Source: Saprolegnia diclina VS20 (Eukaryota). Taken from it: a stretch of 64,000 bases of DNA. The position numbers and the translations under genes were made by a program. Positions 62,204-64,000 of the stretch are shown here, one piece after another. The stretch spans positions 46,711 to 110,710 of the forward strand of contig NW_008246100.1 in the NCBI RefSeq assembly GCF_000281045.1, given 5' to 3'. Each line of letters begins with the position of its first letter. The stretch's first letter is position 1. The notes beneath the pieces are model-generated. The model made no database searches and was not told where the DNA came from. It was given only the letters and a program-made list of their open reading frames with translations.

Positions 62204-64000
62204 ATGGACATGCTGCCCGCCGAGGTCGAGCAGGGCAACGTCGAGTACAAGGTCCAGCTGCTCAACCCGTCGCCAGGTACATGCCCACGCAGCTCCATGG
62301 CGCTGACGCCCGAGCTAGAGCGCTTCCAGCACCTCGTGACGCAGATGAACTGGCGCCTCAACGAAGGCCATGGCGAAGCCTTTTACGAGATGGGTGTCTC
62401 GGACGGCGGTCGCATCGTGGGCATGTCGCCAGAAGACCTCGAGATGAGCCTTGCCACGCTCTACCGCATGTGCCAAGTGCTCGGTGCTGATATGCGCCTC
62501 GTTACGCTCCGCGATGGCTACGAGCCCGGTCGCAAGGCCGCGCGGGTGTGCATCTCGCGCATCGCCGACACGCATGCAAAGAAGCAAGTGCGAGGTACCT
62601 TGTCCATTGCATCGACGCTGGAGTGCTAACGTGATTTGCTAGTGTCGGTGATTGGCAGTGTTGAGAGCGGCAAGTCGACGCTTATCGGGGTGCTCACCCG
62701 CGGCTGCCTCGACGACGGCCATGGGCTGGCGCGCATGCAAGTCTTCCGGTACGCTAAACGCGCTGATTCGCATCGCTCTCAGCATGCGCATAGCCACTTG
62801 CACGAGGTAGAAGACGGTCGGACGTCGAGTATCAGCGAGCAGATCATGGGTTGTCCTCATCAACCTGGTTGAACCTAATCGAACGAGTCGCGTAGGCGTG
62901 ACCAAGGACGGCAAGATTTGCAGATTCAACACGTTCGAGAGCCGCCACGCGTCCAGCATCGAGTCCCAGAGCCACAAGCTCGTGATGTTCAGCGACCTCG
63001 CGGGCCACGAGCGCTACCTCAAGATCACAGGTACACTGGTTGCACTTGTATCGTTTTGCATTGAGCAACCTGCCTAGCCACGGGCCTGACGAGTCAGTTT
63101 CCCGACTACGCCATGCTAGTCGTCGACGCGACGCAAGGCGTGCAGACAATGACGCGCGAGCACCTTCAGATCGTGCTGGGCCTCGACGTCGCCGTCTTTG
63201 TCGTTGTCACCAAGGCCGATGTGGCGGCGGCGCCCAGGATAGCGGCGACAGTCACCGAAGTCCAGGCGCTTCTCGAGGTTTCCTCAATCAATGCTATGGT
63301 GGCTCATGCCCATGATCGACTCGTAGTCGATGAAGAACGCGTCCCACGTAGTCGCAGATACGACGGCAGCGCCGTGCATAGCTGGCTCCGTGCCCATCTT
63401 TATTGTCTCGAGCGTCACGGGGGCCTCATTGCCGCAGCTGCAGACCTTCTTGGCGGCGATCCTGCCCACGCGCGTAGTCTTATCATCGTCACGTCTTTGC
63501 ATGACGCAGGCGCGTAGGTATGGACATCCCGCGACGAGTGCTCGGCCGAGGTGCACTTGAGCGGGTACTACGACACGGAGGCGGGTAGCATCGTGACAGG
63601 TCTCGTCAAGAGGTACTTCATGGAGTTTGCTCGTCGCCGCCTCCATTGAATATGCATCACTAGTGGCACAGTGAGCGTTGGTGACTCGCTCTTGCTCGGC
63701 CCGACAGCCACCGGCGCGTTCTACGGCGTGCACGTCAAGAGCATCGAAGTCCAGAGAACGCCCGCCAAGCGCATCTTTGCAGGCCAAGCCGGCGCGCTTC
63801 TTTTGAGCATCAACTCGGCGGTATGTGCAACAAATTTCAATGTATCAAGTCATATCCGAGCGTAGATTGACTTTTCCATGATGCGCAAAGGCATGATGCT
63901 TGTGCACCCGAGCTTGCGCGTACGCTACTTCTAACTTTGTTTCGCAGAGATCTCGACAAATGTGCTTGTAGCCGATCGCGACGCGGCAGTTTGACGCTGA
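62204..64000 (+). CDS. GTPBP2: GTP-binding protein 1/2 (translational GTPase), 3' end outside window
   Basis: [67 protein letters not shown]...[32 protein letters not shown]; many introns. Confidence 0.92.

Noticed and set aside
10259..64000. Apparent nutrient-sensing/translation cluster (ArgJ, permease, DRG1, RagC, GTPBP2)
   Set aside because: Genes are spread over 50 kb among unrelated genes; no evidence beyond chance co-location without synteny data.

Overview
Gene-dense, GC-rich eukaryotic genomic DNA with many very short (about 35-55 nt) GT-AG introns and three assembly gaps. Intron style and gene content suggest an oomycete, probably Saprolegniales (inference, not verified). About 20 protein-coding genes can be built by hand: a partial GPI-type Thr/Pro-rich protein, a tandem-cupredoxin protein, a mucin-like membrane protein, mitoribosomal mS38/COX24, a DUF4211 + MDM2-type RING protein, a MAN1/Src1-like protein, ArgJ, an APC permease, DRG1, a 64-aa Y/N/S/G microprotein, a ~14 kb divergent dynein heavy chain, an HPS5/TECPR2-like protein with RING-H2, two tandem DltE-like SDRs, a UEV-PP2C fusion, a polycystin-1-like REJ/GPS protein, a Cys-less Ubc12-like protein, RagC/D, a syntaxin, two tandem unknown multi-pass membrane proteins and a partial GTPBP1/2. 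The most interesting signals are several apparent pseudo-enzymes (dynein with a degenerate AAA1 site but conserved microtubule-binding domain, Ubc12-like with Cys->Met, E2-fold fused to an intact PP2C, cupredoxins with His->Tyr), a recurrent paired TATCCGGA element just upstream of many start codons, and an 8-nt microexon needed for the syntaxin frame. No RNA genes, CRISPR arrays or intact mobile elements were recognised. Family calls come from remembered motifs; no database searches were run, and exon boundaries are manual.
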